Below, in pieces: positions 9,377-18,205 of a stretch of 64,000 nucleotides of DNA. The notes under the pieces were generated by a model that did not search any database, was not told where the DNA came from, and saw only the letters and a program-made list of their open reading frames with translations. The number at the start of each line of letters is the position of its first letter. Within the stretch, counting starts at the first letter, position 1. The stretch is from positions 32,001 through 96,000 of the IMG/VR virus record IMGVR_UViG_3300028829_002760; one strand, given 5' to 3'. The position numbers and the translations under genes were made by a program. This DNA comes from a virus.

Positions 9377-9619
9377 ATGAATACAGTAATGATTACAACA
9401 GGAAAAGCAGATGCAATTAATGTATTTTGTGAAGAAATGAATACAATTGATTTTAAATTAATTGATTTACAACAAAAGCTCTATAATATAGAGTTAACCC
9501 AAAACCAAATTAATAAGATATGTGCTATGTCTTATTTAGACAAAATTTGGTTAATAGCACAATATAAGAAAGATATTAGAGTGACTGAAACGTCTCCTGA
9601 TTTATCTATTTTATATTAA
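9377..9619 (+). CDS. Hypothetical protein
   Basis: 80-aa ORF. Confidence 0.5.
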   Translation: MNTVMITTGKADAINVFCEEMNTIDFKLIDLQQKLYNIELTQNQINKICAMSYLDKIWLIAQYKKDIRVTETSPDLSILY

Positions 9620-9625
9620 GATCTT

Positions 9626-9849
9626 ACGGACATAAAGAGTTCCTATTAACTATGGTGGTTAGGTGTGGAAACACATCTGATCACTACCTAAAACAGATTA
9701 CTCTTCGTTCGTTTTCAGACACAGAATGTTCCTATTTAACTATAGACAAAAAAGAAATACATTCCGTCTGATTTTTTAAACACAAAGAGACATAGAAAGT
9801 TCCTATTTTAAACCAAGATAGAAAAAATACTTTCCGTCTTTTTGTGTTT
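9626..9849 (+). ncRNA. Tandem array of three covarying stem-loop RNA units (9626-9712, 9715-9771, 9778-9849)
   Basis: Each unit is GAC-AYA-N4GT-TCCTATT-variable loop-T-ACN4-C-GTY; inner stems AAGAGT/ACTCTT, GAATGT/ACATTC and GAAAGT/ACTTTC covary. Confidence 0.75.
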
Positions 9850-9953
9850 TGTTAAAGTACCATTCCAACTTCCCAAGGGTTGGCAGTTTATACTGAGTAC
9901 TGAGGGGCAAACACTTATTTATACATTTATTTATACACTTAAAACAAGAACTT

Positions 9954-11744
9954 ATGAAAGAGATCTTATTGTTCGGCAAAGCACTGAACACAAAAAACGT
10001 TAGTCCAATCACTGTGAATGAATTGGCAATTAGTAAAGGGTATGTAGTTGACCCTGAATGTTGTAATCAAAGAGTTGTAGACTTTTTAAATAGCATTCCA
10101 AATAATTACAATACTACTTTTTATGCATCTGTTGCAAATGTTGTAGCAAAAGATAGAGTTGAATTACTTATGGATCAGCTTTTACACTATGCATCTACGT
10201 ATGGTACTGAATATGCAGGTCAAGTATTTGTTGTTAATGAAAACTTTGGTGTTATTGATGAACCTACAATTGATTTTAATGATTGTAAAGTTATTAAACC
10301 TATTACTCGAACAGAGATTGGTATCAAAGTGCAAGATATGCTTGCTTCTGGTATTGCTCTAAAAAGTGATACACTTGACAATTTATTTAGTCTTATTGAA
10401 GAATACAATTTTCAAATTGATATCAATGTTGTTAAAAACATTGAAGCCAAGATGAAATTGTACTCAATACTTAACATTCTACCTAGTACAGCAGATGAAT
10501 TTGTTAGATATATGGTTTATCAGATTACTGAAGATACTCTTTTAATCAAAAACGATGAGATGATTAATAAAATTGCTCTTCAATCCCATAATCAAGTACA
10601 TATGATTAATATCAATGAACAAATGATAAAATTTGGATTAGAAGAACTATCTAGTGTCTTCTTTAGATACAAACCACTATTTCTTGCATTGAGAAAACAA
10701 GGTGTTATGATGCGTAGAATTACTAACAAGTTGAGAAAGCTTGCTAATAAGCATCACAAACCATTTGTTCCAGGTTATTGGGAAACTATTCTTAGTAAAA
10801 CGAATTTTAATGTTCAAGAACTTATGTCTAAGGTTAAATCTATATCTAACTTTAAGTTAGTAAGATTGATTAAGGCAATTGATGTTAATTCATCAGGTTC
10901 AGACAAAAGATTCTTTTTAATTAGAAATGGTAAGACTTTTATTAAGGAAAATAACAATATCGAAATTCCTTCTGGTCAATTATGGATGAGAGAAATCTTT
11001 ATGCAATCTCTTATTAATAATTTAAAAGAAAAGAACTTAGGTAGAGTTAAACTTTCTACTAATATTAGACTTGCAATACCTACTTCAGAGAAGACATATG
11101 TTGGTAATATTCCATTTGGTAGCTATATCATTCCTTCAAAAAGTAATTCTATTTTTGGAATTAACTGGTTTGGAGAAGATGGAGCTCAAGATTTGGATTT
11201 ATCATACATGAGTCTTGATGGTAATAAGATTGGATGGAACAGTAATTATTATACTGAAAGCAATTCTATTGTTTACTCTGGAGATATGACATCTGCTAGA
11301 CCTGAAGCTTGTGAATATATGTTTTGTAAGGAAGGACTTCGAGATGGTGTTATTTATGTTAATGCATACCATGCACAACCTAACTCTAAATACAGATTCT
11401 TCACTGGTAAAACTGATGATGATTTTACTGTAAGTAGTGAGACTCCATCTGAAGATATGATAGACTTTTCTTCACCAATGGAAATTACAGGTGAAAGCTG
11501 TGTTGGTTTTTATGTAGATGGTCGTATCTATTTCTCTGATCTTAATCAGGGTAATAGCCGTGTGAGTAATGCTAATACAAGAGTACTTGATACAATTAAA
11601 CATTTTATATCTACTAAAGATTCTTTTGTTTATTGGGATGAAATACTAACTCTTGCGGGTTGCAAGATAGTTGTTGATAATGAGGAGTGTGATGTTGATC
11701 TTAGTGACGGAGACGTTTCTACTATGATATCACTCTTATCATAA
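9954..11744 (+). CDS. 596-aa protein: helical N-terminal region plus C-terminal TerD-like domain
   Basis: C-terminal GINW...DLDLS...IGWN...YSGDMT...E resembles TerD motifs; N-terminal NTTFY...DQLLHYASTYG. Confidence 0.55.
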   Translation: MKEILLFGKALNTKNVSPITVNELAISKGYVVDPECCNQRVVDFLNSIPNNYNTTFYASVANVVAKDRVELLMDQLLHYASTYGTEYAGQVFVVNENFGVIDEPTIDFNDCKVIKPITRTEIGIKVQDMLASGIALKSDTLDNLFSLIEEYNFQIDINVVKNIEAKMKLYSILNILPSTADEFVRYMVYQITEDTLLIKNDEMINKIALQSHNQVHMININEQMIKFGLEELSSVFFRYKPLFLALRKQGVMMRRITNKLRKLANKHHKPFVPGYWETILSKTNFNVQELMSKVKSISNFKLVRLIKAIDVNSSGSDKRFFLIRNGKTFIKENNNIEIPSGQLWMREIFMQSLINNLKEKNLGRVKLSTNIRLAIPTSEKTYVGNIPFGSYIIPSKSNSIFGINWFGEDGAQDLDLSYMSLDGNKIGWNSNYYTESNSIVYSGDMTSARPEACEYMFCKEGLRDGVIYVNAYHAQPNSKYRFFTGKTDDDFTVSSETPSEDMIDFSSPMEITGESCVGFYVDGRIYFSDLNQGNSRVSNANTRVLDTIKHFISTKDSFVYWDEILTLAGCKIVVDNEECDVDLSDGDVSTMISLLS

Positions 11745-11751
11745 TACTACT

Positions 11752-11779
11752 GAGCAGGATGTAAAAGTCCTGCTCTTTT
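11752..11779 (+). terminator. Intrinsic terminator
   Basis: GAGCAGGA/TCCTGCTC stem plus TTTT. Confidence 0.65.
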
Positions 11780-11826
11780 AAACTTATTTATTTACTTATT
11801 TATATACTTATTAAAAACTTAAAAAA

Positions 11827-12312
11827 ATGGCAAAAGAATTAGCAATTATTGTTGATGTAGATGGTACATTGGCAGACATGAGAGGTATTAGAGGACCTTT
11901 TGAGTGGGACAAAGTCCACCTTGATAAACCTCATCAAGATGTTATTGACCTTGTTAAAGATTTAGCAGGTGTTGAAGAGATTGATCAATTAAAATATTTT
12001 GATGATGGAACGTCTGGAGAGCGGTTTACAAAAATACCTAAATATAAAATCATCATTACTACAGGTAGAGATGGTGTTTGTGAAGAAGCAACTAGAAAAT
12101 GGTTGAAAGATAATGGAGTATGCTTTTATGATTTTTATATCAGAAAAGCAGGTGACTTTAGGAAAGATAACATCATTAAGTCTGAGATCTATATGGATCA
12201 TATCAGACCTAAGTATGATGTTAAGTTTGTCATTGATGACAGAGACCAGGTTGTTGAGATGTGGAGGTCATTAGGTCTACGTGTCTTACAAGTAGCACCA
12301 GGAAACTTTTAA
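11827..12312 (+). CDS. HAD-family polynucleotide 3'-phosphatase (like the T4 PNKP phosphatase domain)
   Basis: DVDGT, TGR, K and IDDR motifs; C-terminal QVAPGNF. Confidence 0.85.
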   Translation: MAKELAIIVDVDGTLADMRGIRGPFEWDKVHLDKPHQDVIDLVKDLAGVEEIDQLKYFDDGTSGERFTKIPKYKIIITTGRDGVCEEATRKWLKDNGVCFYDFYIRKAGDFRKDNIIKSEIYMDHIRPKYDVKFVIDDRDQVVEMWRSLGLRVLQVAPGNF

Positions 12313-12316
12313 GCTT

Positions 12317-12351
12317 AGGGTAGTGATTGTAAACCTTTCACTACCCTTTTT
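12317..12351 (+). terminator. Intrinsic terminator
   Basis: AGGGTAGTGA/TCACTACCCT plus T-tract. Confidence 0.7.
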
Positions 12352-12366
12352 ATAAATTAATTTAAC

Positions 12367-13209
12367 ATGATTACAATGGAAAAAATTACATTTTTAGCAG
12401 CAAAAGATTTATATGACCAGCAGTATAAATTTATAATAGAGCAAAATACAGATTACCAAAAATTACAATTTTATCAAGGTTCAGTATATAGTTTTAATTA
12501 TACAACTAAAAAAGAAACAGATACTCATATTTATTGGAGCACATCTAATAAAAAACCAATGCTTGAGAATGATAAATTGTTTTTTAAACATAAAAACATA
12601 GAAGGTGCTTCTTATGACAAAGAAACTAAGAAGATTAAAATATGGTTTGGTAAAAAGTTTAATCATATTGACTCTATTATGTCAAGTGATATATTAAAAA
12701 CTTTAGTGCCGTGGTATGAAGTAAATACTAATTTAGATTTTATGAATGGAAATCATAATAGTTATCTTAATATGATGACTAATGAAATACTCAATAAAAT
12801 GGTTAAAGGTACTATTAAAGATACTAAAGGTATTATAGATGCATTTTGTAAGTATAGTCCTTATCGTAACTTTAATTTAAATACTAAAAAAATAGAATTT
12901 ATTATAAATAATTCATCAGGTTATTGGAATATTAGAAATTTTAAATTAATATTTTTAGCATCAAAGGAGCCCAATGATGTGATTAACTATATTCATAAAA
13001 ACCTAAATACACACTACGTAAAATTAGATGAGTTAATTAACATATCTAGAGTAGCTTTGTCTATAGGACAGAATATTGACATTAATTGGAGCCATGAAGA
13101 ATTAGTTGAAAATAAAATGAAAATGTTAGATTGTAGACAAGAATTAAAGAGAATACATAATGGTTTATTAGGTCTTCATTCTGAAGAGGTAGAGGATTTA
13201 CCATTTTAA
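12367..13209 (+). CDS. Hypothetical protein
   Basis: 280-aa ORF. Confidence 0.7.
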   Translation: MITMEKITFLAAKDLYDQQYKFIIEQNTDYQKLQFYQGSVYSFNYTTKKETDTHIYWSTSNKKPMLENDKLFFKHKNIEGASYDKETKKIKIWFGKKFNHIDSIMSSDILKTLVPWYEVNTNLDFMNGNHNSYLNMMTNEILNKMVKGTIKDTKGIIDAFCKYSPYRNFNLNTKKIEFIINNSSGYWNIRNFKLIFLASKEPNDVINYIHKNLNTHYVKLDELINISRVALSIGQNIDINWSHEELVENKMKMLDCRQELKRIHNGLLGLHSEEVEDLPF

Positions 13210-13219
13210 ATTTTGAATT

Positions 13220-13444
13220 ATGGCCGAGAAATTGAAAACAATAGCATGTGTCTTAGGCTTCAACTTAAATTTAAATATTTATGGTATGGACGGAGAGATT
13301 ATTAAGTCTGGGATATGTAAAACTATATATCCTGAGACTTACCGCGAACCTAGTAGTGTTAGATTAGTTGACAAAAAGTGGTTTAATTCTTTTAATCAAG
13401 ATCTCTTGGATAAAATAAGAGATTATCAACATCTTAACAGTTAA
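13220..13444 (+). CDS. Hypothetical protein
   Basis: Tightly packed operon ORF. Confidence 0.6.
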   Translation: MAEKLKTIACVLGFNLNLNIYGMDGEIIKSGICKTIYPETYREPSSVRLVDKKWFNSFNQDLLDKIRDYQHLNS

Positions 13445-13446
13445 AT

Positions 13447-13869
13447 ATGAAAGTTCAAGTAAATTATGAAGATACTGATGTATCTCAAGTATTAGGAAGT
13501 ATTATTAAACATGAAAATAAAGATGAATTTATAAAACTAATTACACCAATGATTTGTAGTAGTAGTAGTGCTGCTACACAGTTATTTAGATTGCTAATAA
13601 GTGGAAATAAATTACCAGATGTAATTTCAAAAGGAACAATTTGTAAGATTCATATTGACAATTTAGGATATGGAGCTAACAAAAGATTAGTACAGAAAAA
13701 GTATGCTGATGCAGATGATAATATAATAGTTAGGGTACACCAATTTAGAGGATATCATGAATATGCAAATTATGAAATACTTTATAATAATGTAAACACA
13801 GACGACAGTGTAACAGAAGAAAAAACATATGTATCTTTTGATAATATAACTGTTGTTGAAGAATTTTAA
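13447..13869 (+). CDS. Hypothetical protein
   Basis: Tightly packed operon ORF. Confidence 0.65.
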   Translation: MKVQVNYEDTDVSQVLGSIIKHENKDEFIKLITPMICSSSSAATQLFRLLISGNKLPDVISKGTICKIHIDNLGYGANKRLVQKKYADADDNIIVRVHQFRGYHEYANYEILYNNVNTDDSVTEEKTYVSFDNITVVEEF

Positions 13870-13903
13870 TGTAGTATATCTGCGATATGCTTTTCCTGTA
13901 AAG

Positions 13904-13938
13904 TGAAAAGAGGGGGGATGAATTTCTCCCCTTTTTCA
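13904..13938 (+). terminator. Intrinsic terminator
   Basis: TGAAAAGAGGGGGGA/TCTCCCCTTTTTCA inverted repeat. Confidence 0.6.
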
Positions 13939-14029
13939 TTGTTAGCTATATATTATTAAATATTATTTATTTAGTTTAAATGTTTTGCTTTAAATGTTTT
14001 ATTTTTATCTAAATATTTATTTACCTAAA

Positions 14030-14284
14030 ATGTTGTATCAACTTCCAAGTGGAAAAGTAGTTTATTTAAGTGTAGAAGAATTTCTAGACTTAACAGATGA
14101 AGATGAGCAATATTTAATGTCTTTAGACTATGGTGATTATATAGTAAATCCTTTTAGTGGATCTGCAATACAAAAAAATACTAAAGAAAAGTATTATGAT
14201 TTTGGGTATATAAACCCAGATGATACAGAAGATAATATGTCAGATAAAGGTGACATAGATTTCCAGAATGATATGGATACATAG
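14030..14284 (+). CDS. Acidic hypothetical protein
   Basis: ATG 14030 (MLYQLPSGK) preferred over 13994. Confidence 0.6.
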   Translation: MLYQLPSGKVVYLSVEEFLDLTDEDEQYLMSLDYGDYIVNPFSGSAIQKNTKEKYYDFGYINPDDTEDNMSDKGDIDFQNDMDT

Positions 14285-14392
14285 TTTATAGTTGCAAATA
14301 TAAACTATCACTTATTCTTAAATGAGTTGCTAAGAATAGAGTACAGAGAACTCAAACAATCAATTATTTATTTATTTATTAAAAATTAAGTT

Positions 14393-14878
14393 ATGAACTC
14401 AAAAATCACAGTATTAGCTGATGAGGCAACAGGAACTGTTGTAAATGTATCACAAAACAACCCTGATTACGGATATATCCGTGTTCAGCAAATTAGAACC
14501 ATGATTGATGATAATGGTTTCTTACGTAGAAAACCAGTATCTGCATTAATCCCAGGAACTGTTGATGAATTAAAAGCAACAGGTTTCTTTGCCAATCAAC
14601 AATTAGATGGTAAAATAGTAGTGGAAGAATCATTAGAGCCATTTAATGATAAAGAACCTACTAGAGATCTTAAAGTTGCTGGTGAAACTGGTATTGTATG
14701 TACTTTAGGAGGATTACCAATCTACCGAAGAACAAAAATGAGCTTTGATGGTACATCTGCTGATACTTTAGTTAAGCACGATAACATTGAAGAATTGCGT
14801 CAAGCATATCAAAATGCTTCTAAAGCAAATTCAGATGTTTTGAAAGAAGCTGGTAAGAATACAGAATTTAGTGTATAA
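14393..14878 (+). CDS. Hypothetical protein
   Basis: 161-aa ORF with A/T-rich leader and its own terminator. Confidence 0.7.
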   Translation: MNSKITVLADEATGTVVNVSQNNPDYGYIRVQQIRTMIDDNGFLRRKPVSALIPGTVDELKATGFFANQQLDGKIVVEESLEPFNDKEPTRDLKVAGETGIVCTLGGLPIYRRTKMSFDGTSADTLVKHDNIEELRQAYQNASKANSDVLKEAGKNTEFSV

Positions 14879-14901
14879 TCACTAATTCTTTATGAGAAGG
14901 T

Positions 14902-14930
14902 TAAAAGGGGGATGTAATGTCCCCCTTTTA
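14902..14930 (+). terminator. Intrinsic terminator
   Basis: TAAAAGGGGGA/TCCCCCTTTTA. Confidence 0.7.
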
Positions 14931-14951
14931 TTATTTATGAATTAAAATTGT

Positions 14952-15443
14952 ATGATTAAAATGGGAAATTTACAAGAGCAGATTAAAAAATATCAATTGC
15001 AAAAAGGTAAAACTTATATGCAATATGAACAAGACAAGTATTCTAAATATCAAAATTATTTGTATAAAAGAGCTTTATATGGAATTAACAGTCTTTCTAA
15101 AGAAGAAGTGACTAAAATGTGTGAAAGAAAAAAGAGAAGAATTAATAGTGTTCATTATAGAGCACAAGGTGTACTTAACATTGCAAAGCAAAAAATTAGT
15201 ATTAACTACACAAACAAGTTCTTTAAAACTTTTTTTCCAGATTCTAATATTACAAATGATATTATATCGTATAACGAAGTTGATAAAAACTTCAAAAACA
15301 AGTTAACTTTTAAAGATTTAAACTTGTCAAAAGACGATATAATTAGTATATTTATTGGTGAAGGAATACTACCAAAAAACTTTTTAAGTTTAAAAGATCA
15401 ACCTATAAGTTTACCAAGTTTAAAAAATGAAAGTAAAGCTTAA
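14952..15443 (+). CDS. Basic hypothetical protein
   Basis: 163-aa ORF. Confidence 0.65.
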   Translation: MIKMGNLQEQIKKYQLQKGKTYMQYEQDKYSKYQNYLYKRALYGINSLSKEEVTKMCERKKRRINSVHYRAQGVLNIAKQKISINYTNKFFKTFFPDSNITNDIISYNEVDKNFKNKLTFKDLNLSKDDIISIFIGEGILPKNFLSLKDQPISLPSLKNESKA

Positions 15444-15837
15444 AGAATGTGATGGTTGTCAAAAGATGACTGTCATATGGAAGAACCATGAGGGATTTAG
15501 ATACTGTAAGTATTGCTGGAGTTGCCATTCTAGTAACAAAAAGTCACAGAAACCAATTAAATCTGTTACCAGAATCCCTCGGGTTTCTTCTAAAAGGAAG
15601 AAGAAAGATCAAGAATATCTTAGATTAAGAGAGAAATATTTAAAAAAAAATCACTTATGTACTGTAAATGTTAAAGGTTGTGCCAATGGTGCAACTGATA
15701 TACATCATACATATGCTGGTAGTAATAGAGAAGCATTTTATTTAGTTCAAAGCACCTGGTTACCAGTGTGTAGGAATTGTCATGATTGGATTCATGCAAA
15801 TCCTAAAGATGCTAGAATTATGAAATGGTTAAAATAG
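15427..15837 (+). CDS. Zn-binding HNH-type nuclease-like protein
   Basis: CxxC pairs; C..C..DIHH...PVCRNCHDWIH. Confidence 0.7.
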   Translation: MKVKLKECDGCQKMTVIWKNHEGFRYCKYCWSCHSSNKKSQKPIKSVTRIPRVSSKRKKKDQEYLRLREKYLKKNHLCTVNVKGCANGATDIHHTYAGSNREAFYLVQSTWLPVCRNCHDWIHANPKDARIMKWLK

Positions 15838-15843
15838 ATTATT

Positions 15844-16941
15844 ATGACAAAAGACGAAGTACAAATAAAAGCCCTTAAAGCAACAGATAATAAACAAAGA
15901 TGTGGAATAGTATTAGGTACTGGTGTTGGTAAAACTTTAGTAGGACTTAATCACATTGAAAACAATACTACATCTTTAATGAAGTGTTTAATTGTAGCAC
16001 CCAAAAAGTCAATAATCCAATCTTGGATAGATGAAGCGGGTAAATTTAATAAAGAACACTTACTAAAAAGAATGACATTTAGTACTTATTTAAGTATTAA
16101 TAAACATGATCCAAATAATTATGATGCTGTTTACTTAGATGAATGTCATAGCTTATTAGATAATCATAGAGGGTTTTTACAACTCTACAAAGGTAAAATA
16201 CTTGGTTTAACTGGTACACCACCTAAAAGAATTTATTCTGAAAAAGGTAAGTTAGTTAATGAATTTTGCCCTATAGTATTTACTTTCAAAGCAGATGATG
16301 CTATTGAAAATAATATACTTAATGATTATCAAATCATTGTACACCAAATAAATCTATCATCAGAAAAGAATTATTGTGTTAAAATGAAAAACAGAAAATC
16401 TTGGATGACTACTGAAGAACAAAATTATACTTATTGGTCACGAAGAATTGATGTTGGATCGGGAAATATGCATATGCTCAGAGTAATGAGAATGAAAGCA
16501 ATGATGGAGTATCCAAGTAAAGAAAAATATACTAAAATTTTACTTAGGAATATTCCTACAAAATGTATTGTATTTGCAAATACTCAAGAACAAGCTGATA
16601 AATTATGTAGTCATAGTTATCACAGTAATAATTCTGATTCAGAAGAAAATCTTATTGCATTTAAGGAAGATAAAATAGATAAATTATCTTGTGTATTACA
16701 ATTAAGTGAAGGTGTAAACATCCCAAATCTTAAGCAAGGTATTATTTTACATTCATATGGTAATGAGAGAAAAGCAAGTCAAAGGATTGGTAGACTTCTA
16801 AGATTAAACCCTAATGATAAAGCTATTGTGCATATATTATGTTATATGAATACAATAGATGAAAAATGGGTTAAAGATGCCTTAGAAGGGTTTGACCAGT
16901 CTAAAATTTTATGGAAAGATTATAAGGTAGGCTTAAGCTAA
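15844..16941 (+). CDS. Superfamily 2 (DExH) helicase
   Basis: GTGVGKT, DECH, TGT and QRIGRLLR motifs. Confidence 0.9.
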   Translation: MTKDEVQIKALKATDNKQRCGIVLGTGVGKTLVGLNHIENNTTSLMKCLIVAPKKSIIQSWIDEAGKFNKEHLLKRMTFSTYLSINKHDPNNYDAVYLDECHSLLDNHRGFLQLYKGKILGLTGTPPKRIYSEKGKLVNEFCPIVFTFKADDAIENNILNDYQIIVHQINLSSEKNYCVKMKNRKSWMTTEEQNYTYWSRRIDVGSGNMHMLRVMRMKAMMEYPSKEKYTKILLRNIPTKCIVFANTQEQADKLCSHSYHSNNSDSEENLIAFKEDKIDKLSCVLQLSEGVNIPNLKQGIILHSYGNERKASQRIGRLLRLNPNDKAIVHILCYMNTIDEKWVKDALEGFDQSKILWKDYKVGLS

Positions 16942-16970
16942 CCTTATAATTTTTTATTATATTATAGTAT

Positions 16971-17225
16971 ATGATTAATGAAAAAACACACAAATTAGTA
17001 TTATTTAATGATGACATGCATGATTTTGCATATGTTACAGCATCTTTAATAAAATACTGTGATCATACAAATTTACAAGCCGAACAATGCGTAGTTATAG
17101 CAGATGGAGTTGGTAATTGTACAGTTAAAGAAGGTAGTTTTTTAGATATGATGGAAATTAAAACCAGTCTAGAAAGATTAGAATTGATAACAGAAATTGA
17201 AGATCATGAAAGTTATATGTATTAA
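16971..17225 (+). CDS. clpS: ClpS-like N-degron adaptor
   Basis: LVLFNDD..F..V...L...C.H...QAEQC......G.C.VK.G matches the Bacteroidota ClpS pattern. Confidence 0.75.
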   Translation: MINEKTHKLVLFNDDMHDFAYVTASLIKYCDHTNLQAEQCVVIADGVGNCTVKEGSFLDMMEIKTSLERLELITEIEDHESYMY

Positions 17226-17514
17226 TTCACAAGGTAAACCTGATAATATATCATTTAATGAATGGATCCAAGAAGGTGCCGTTTATACAGTATATCAAAT
17301 AGATAAAATGGGTTTACAACATGGTAAAATAGGTTTTAAATTAGAAGAAATAGAACTCACAGATGAATCATTTCCTTATGAGTTTTATGATGCTGAAAGA
17401 TTTAAACCTGTCACTCCCGAAATTTTAGAAACACTAAAACAAATGTTTGACTCTTTAACAGAATTAGAACAAACTGATTTTGGAGAAGAAGATGCAGATT
17501 TAAATAAAATATGA
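17197..17514 (+). CDS. Hypothetical protein
   Basis: Operon ORF; true start may be a few codons downstream. Confidence 0.6.
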   Translation: MKIMKVICINSQGKPDNISFNEWIQEGAVYTVYQIDKMGLQHGKIGFKLEEIELTDESFPYEFYDAERFKPVTPEILETLKQMFDSLTELEQTDFGEEDADLNKI

Positions 17515-17960
17515 GAGATTATACTATTGAAGAAGTAGTTAAATCTTTATCAGAAATCAAGAAAAAATCCAGAAAAAGAGTATTAGTAGACCAAAGAAGT
17601 TATTTAATTGGCATTCTTGTACACAGATTTCGTCTTACAGAACATAATGTAGCTAGATTAACTGGTTATAATAGAGATACAATCCATTATAATAAAAAAT
17701 TACCTATAAGATTGTGTTCTGATTCTATATATAAATCAAACGTATGTATTTTTGCAAATTTATATCCGTTTGATTTTGAAATATATTCAAAAACTCTAGA
17801 AGAAGAGAAAGAATTAAAAAAAAATATAAGTGTATCTCTAGTAATAGATGCTAAAACTTATAAAAGACTAAAATCTGCTGGATGGTTGAGAGGACATAAA
17901 GATGTAAGAACTACAATTAAACAATTAATTGATAAAACATTAAGAGTATGGGACGAATGA
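17511..17960 (+). CDS. Putative DNA-binding protein (DnaA-C/TrpR-like HTH)
   Basis: KSRKR..VDQR....LTEHNVARLTGYNRDTIHY helix-turn-helix-like pattern. Confidence 0.5.
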   Translation: MRDYTIEEVVKSLSEIKKKSRKRVLVDQRSYLIGILVHRFRLTEHNVARLTGYNRDTIHYNKKLPIRLCSDSIYKSNVCIFANLYPFDFEIYSKTLEEEKELKKNISVSLVIDAKTYKRLKSAGWLRGHKDVRTTIKQLIDKTLRVWDE

Positions 17961-18205
17961 AAGAATTGTATATAAAAATATTAGAAGCAAATAATGATAA
18001 ATTACCATATAATTTGACCTTATCAGATGTTTCTAAAATGAAAGAATTAGATATTTACGAATGGTATGCATATAATAAAGCTATTTCTAAAGAAAGTAGT
18101 TTTCATATAAAAGACAAATTTGAAGTTTATATAAATGAAGATTCAATAAAAATTAGAAAAGATCATGAATCTAATTTAAGAAGAAAAAATGAGTCTGGTT
18201 ACTAA
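17948..18205 (+). CDS. Hypothetical protein
   Basis: Overlap-coupled ORF. Confidence 0.55.
   Translation: MGRMKELYIKILEANNDKLPYNLTLSDVSKMKELDIYEWYAYNKAISKESSFHIKDKFEVYINEDSIKIRKDHESNLRRKNESGY

Noticed and set aside
9808-9828. Resemblance of the array unit-3 loop (TAAACCAAGATAG) to the gene-junction repeat
   Set aside because: Only about 8 nt of A-rich identity in the same sense; plausible by chance
9626-9849. CRISPR array or tRNA interpretation of the repeats
   Set aside because: No identical direct repeats with spacers, no cas operon and no cloverleaf/T-loop; conservation is structural
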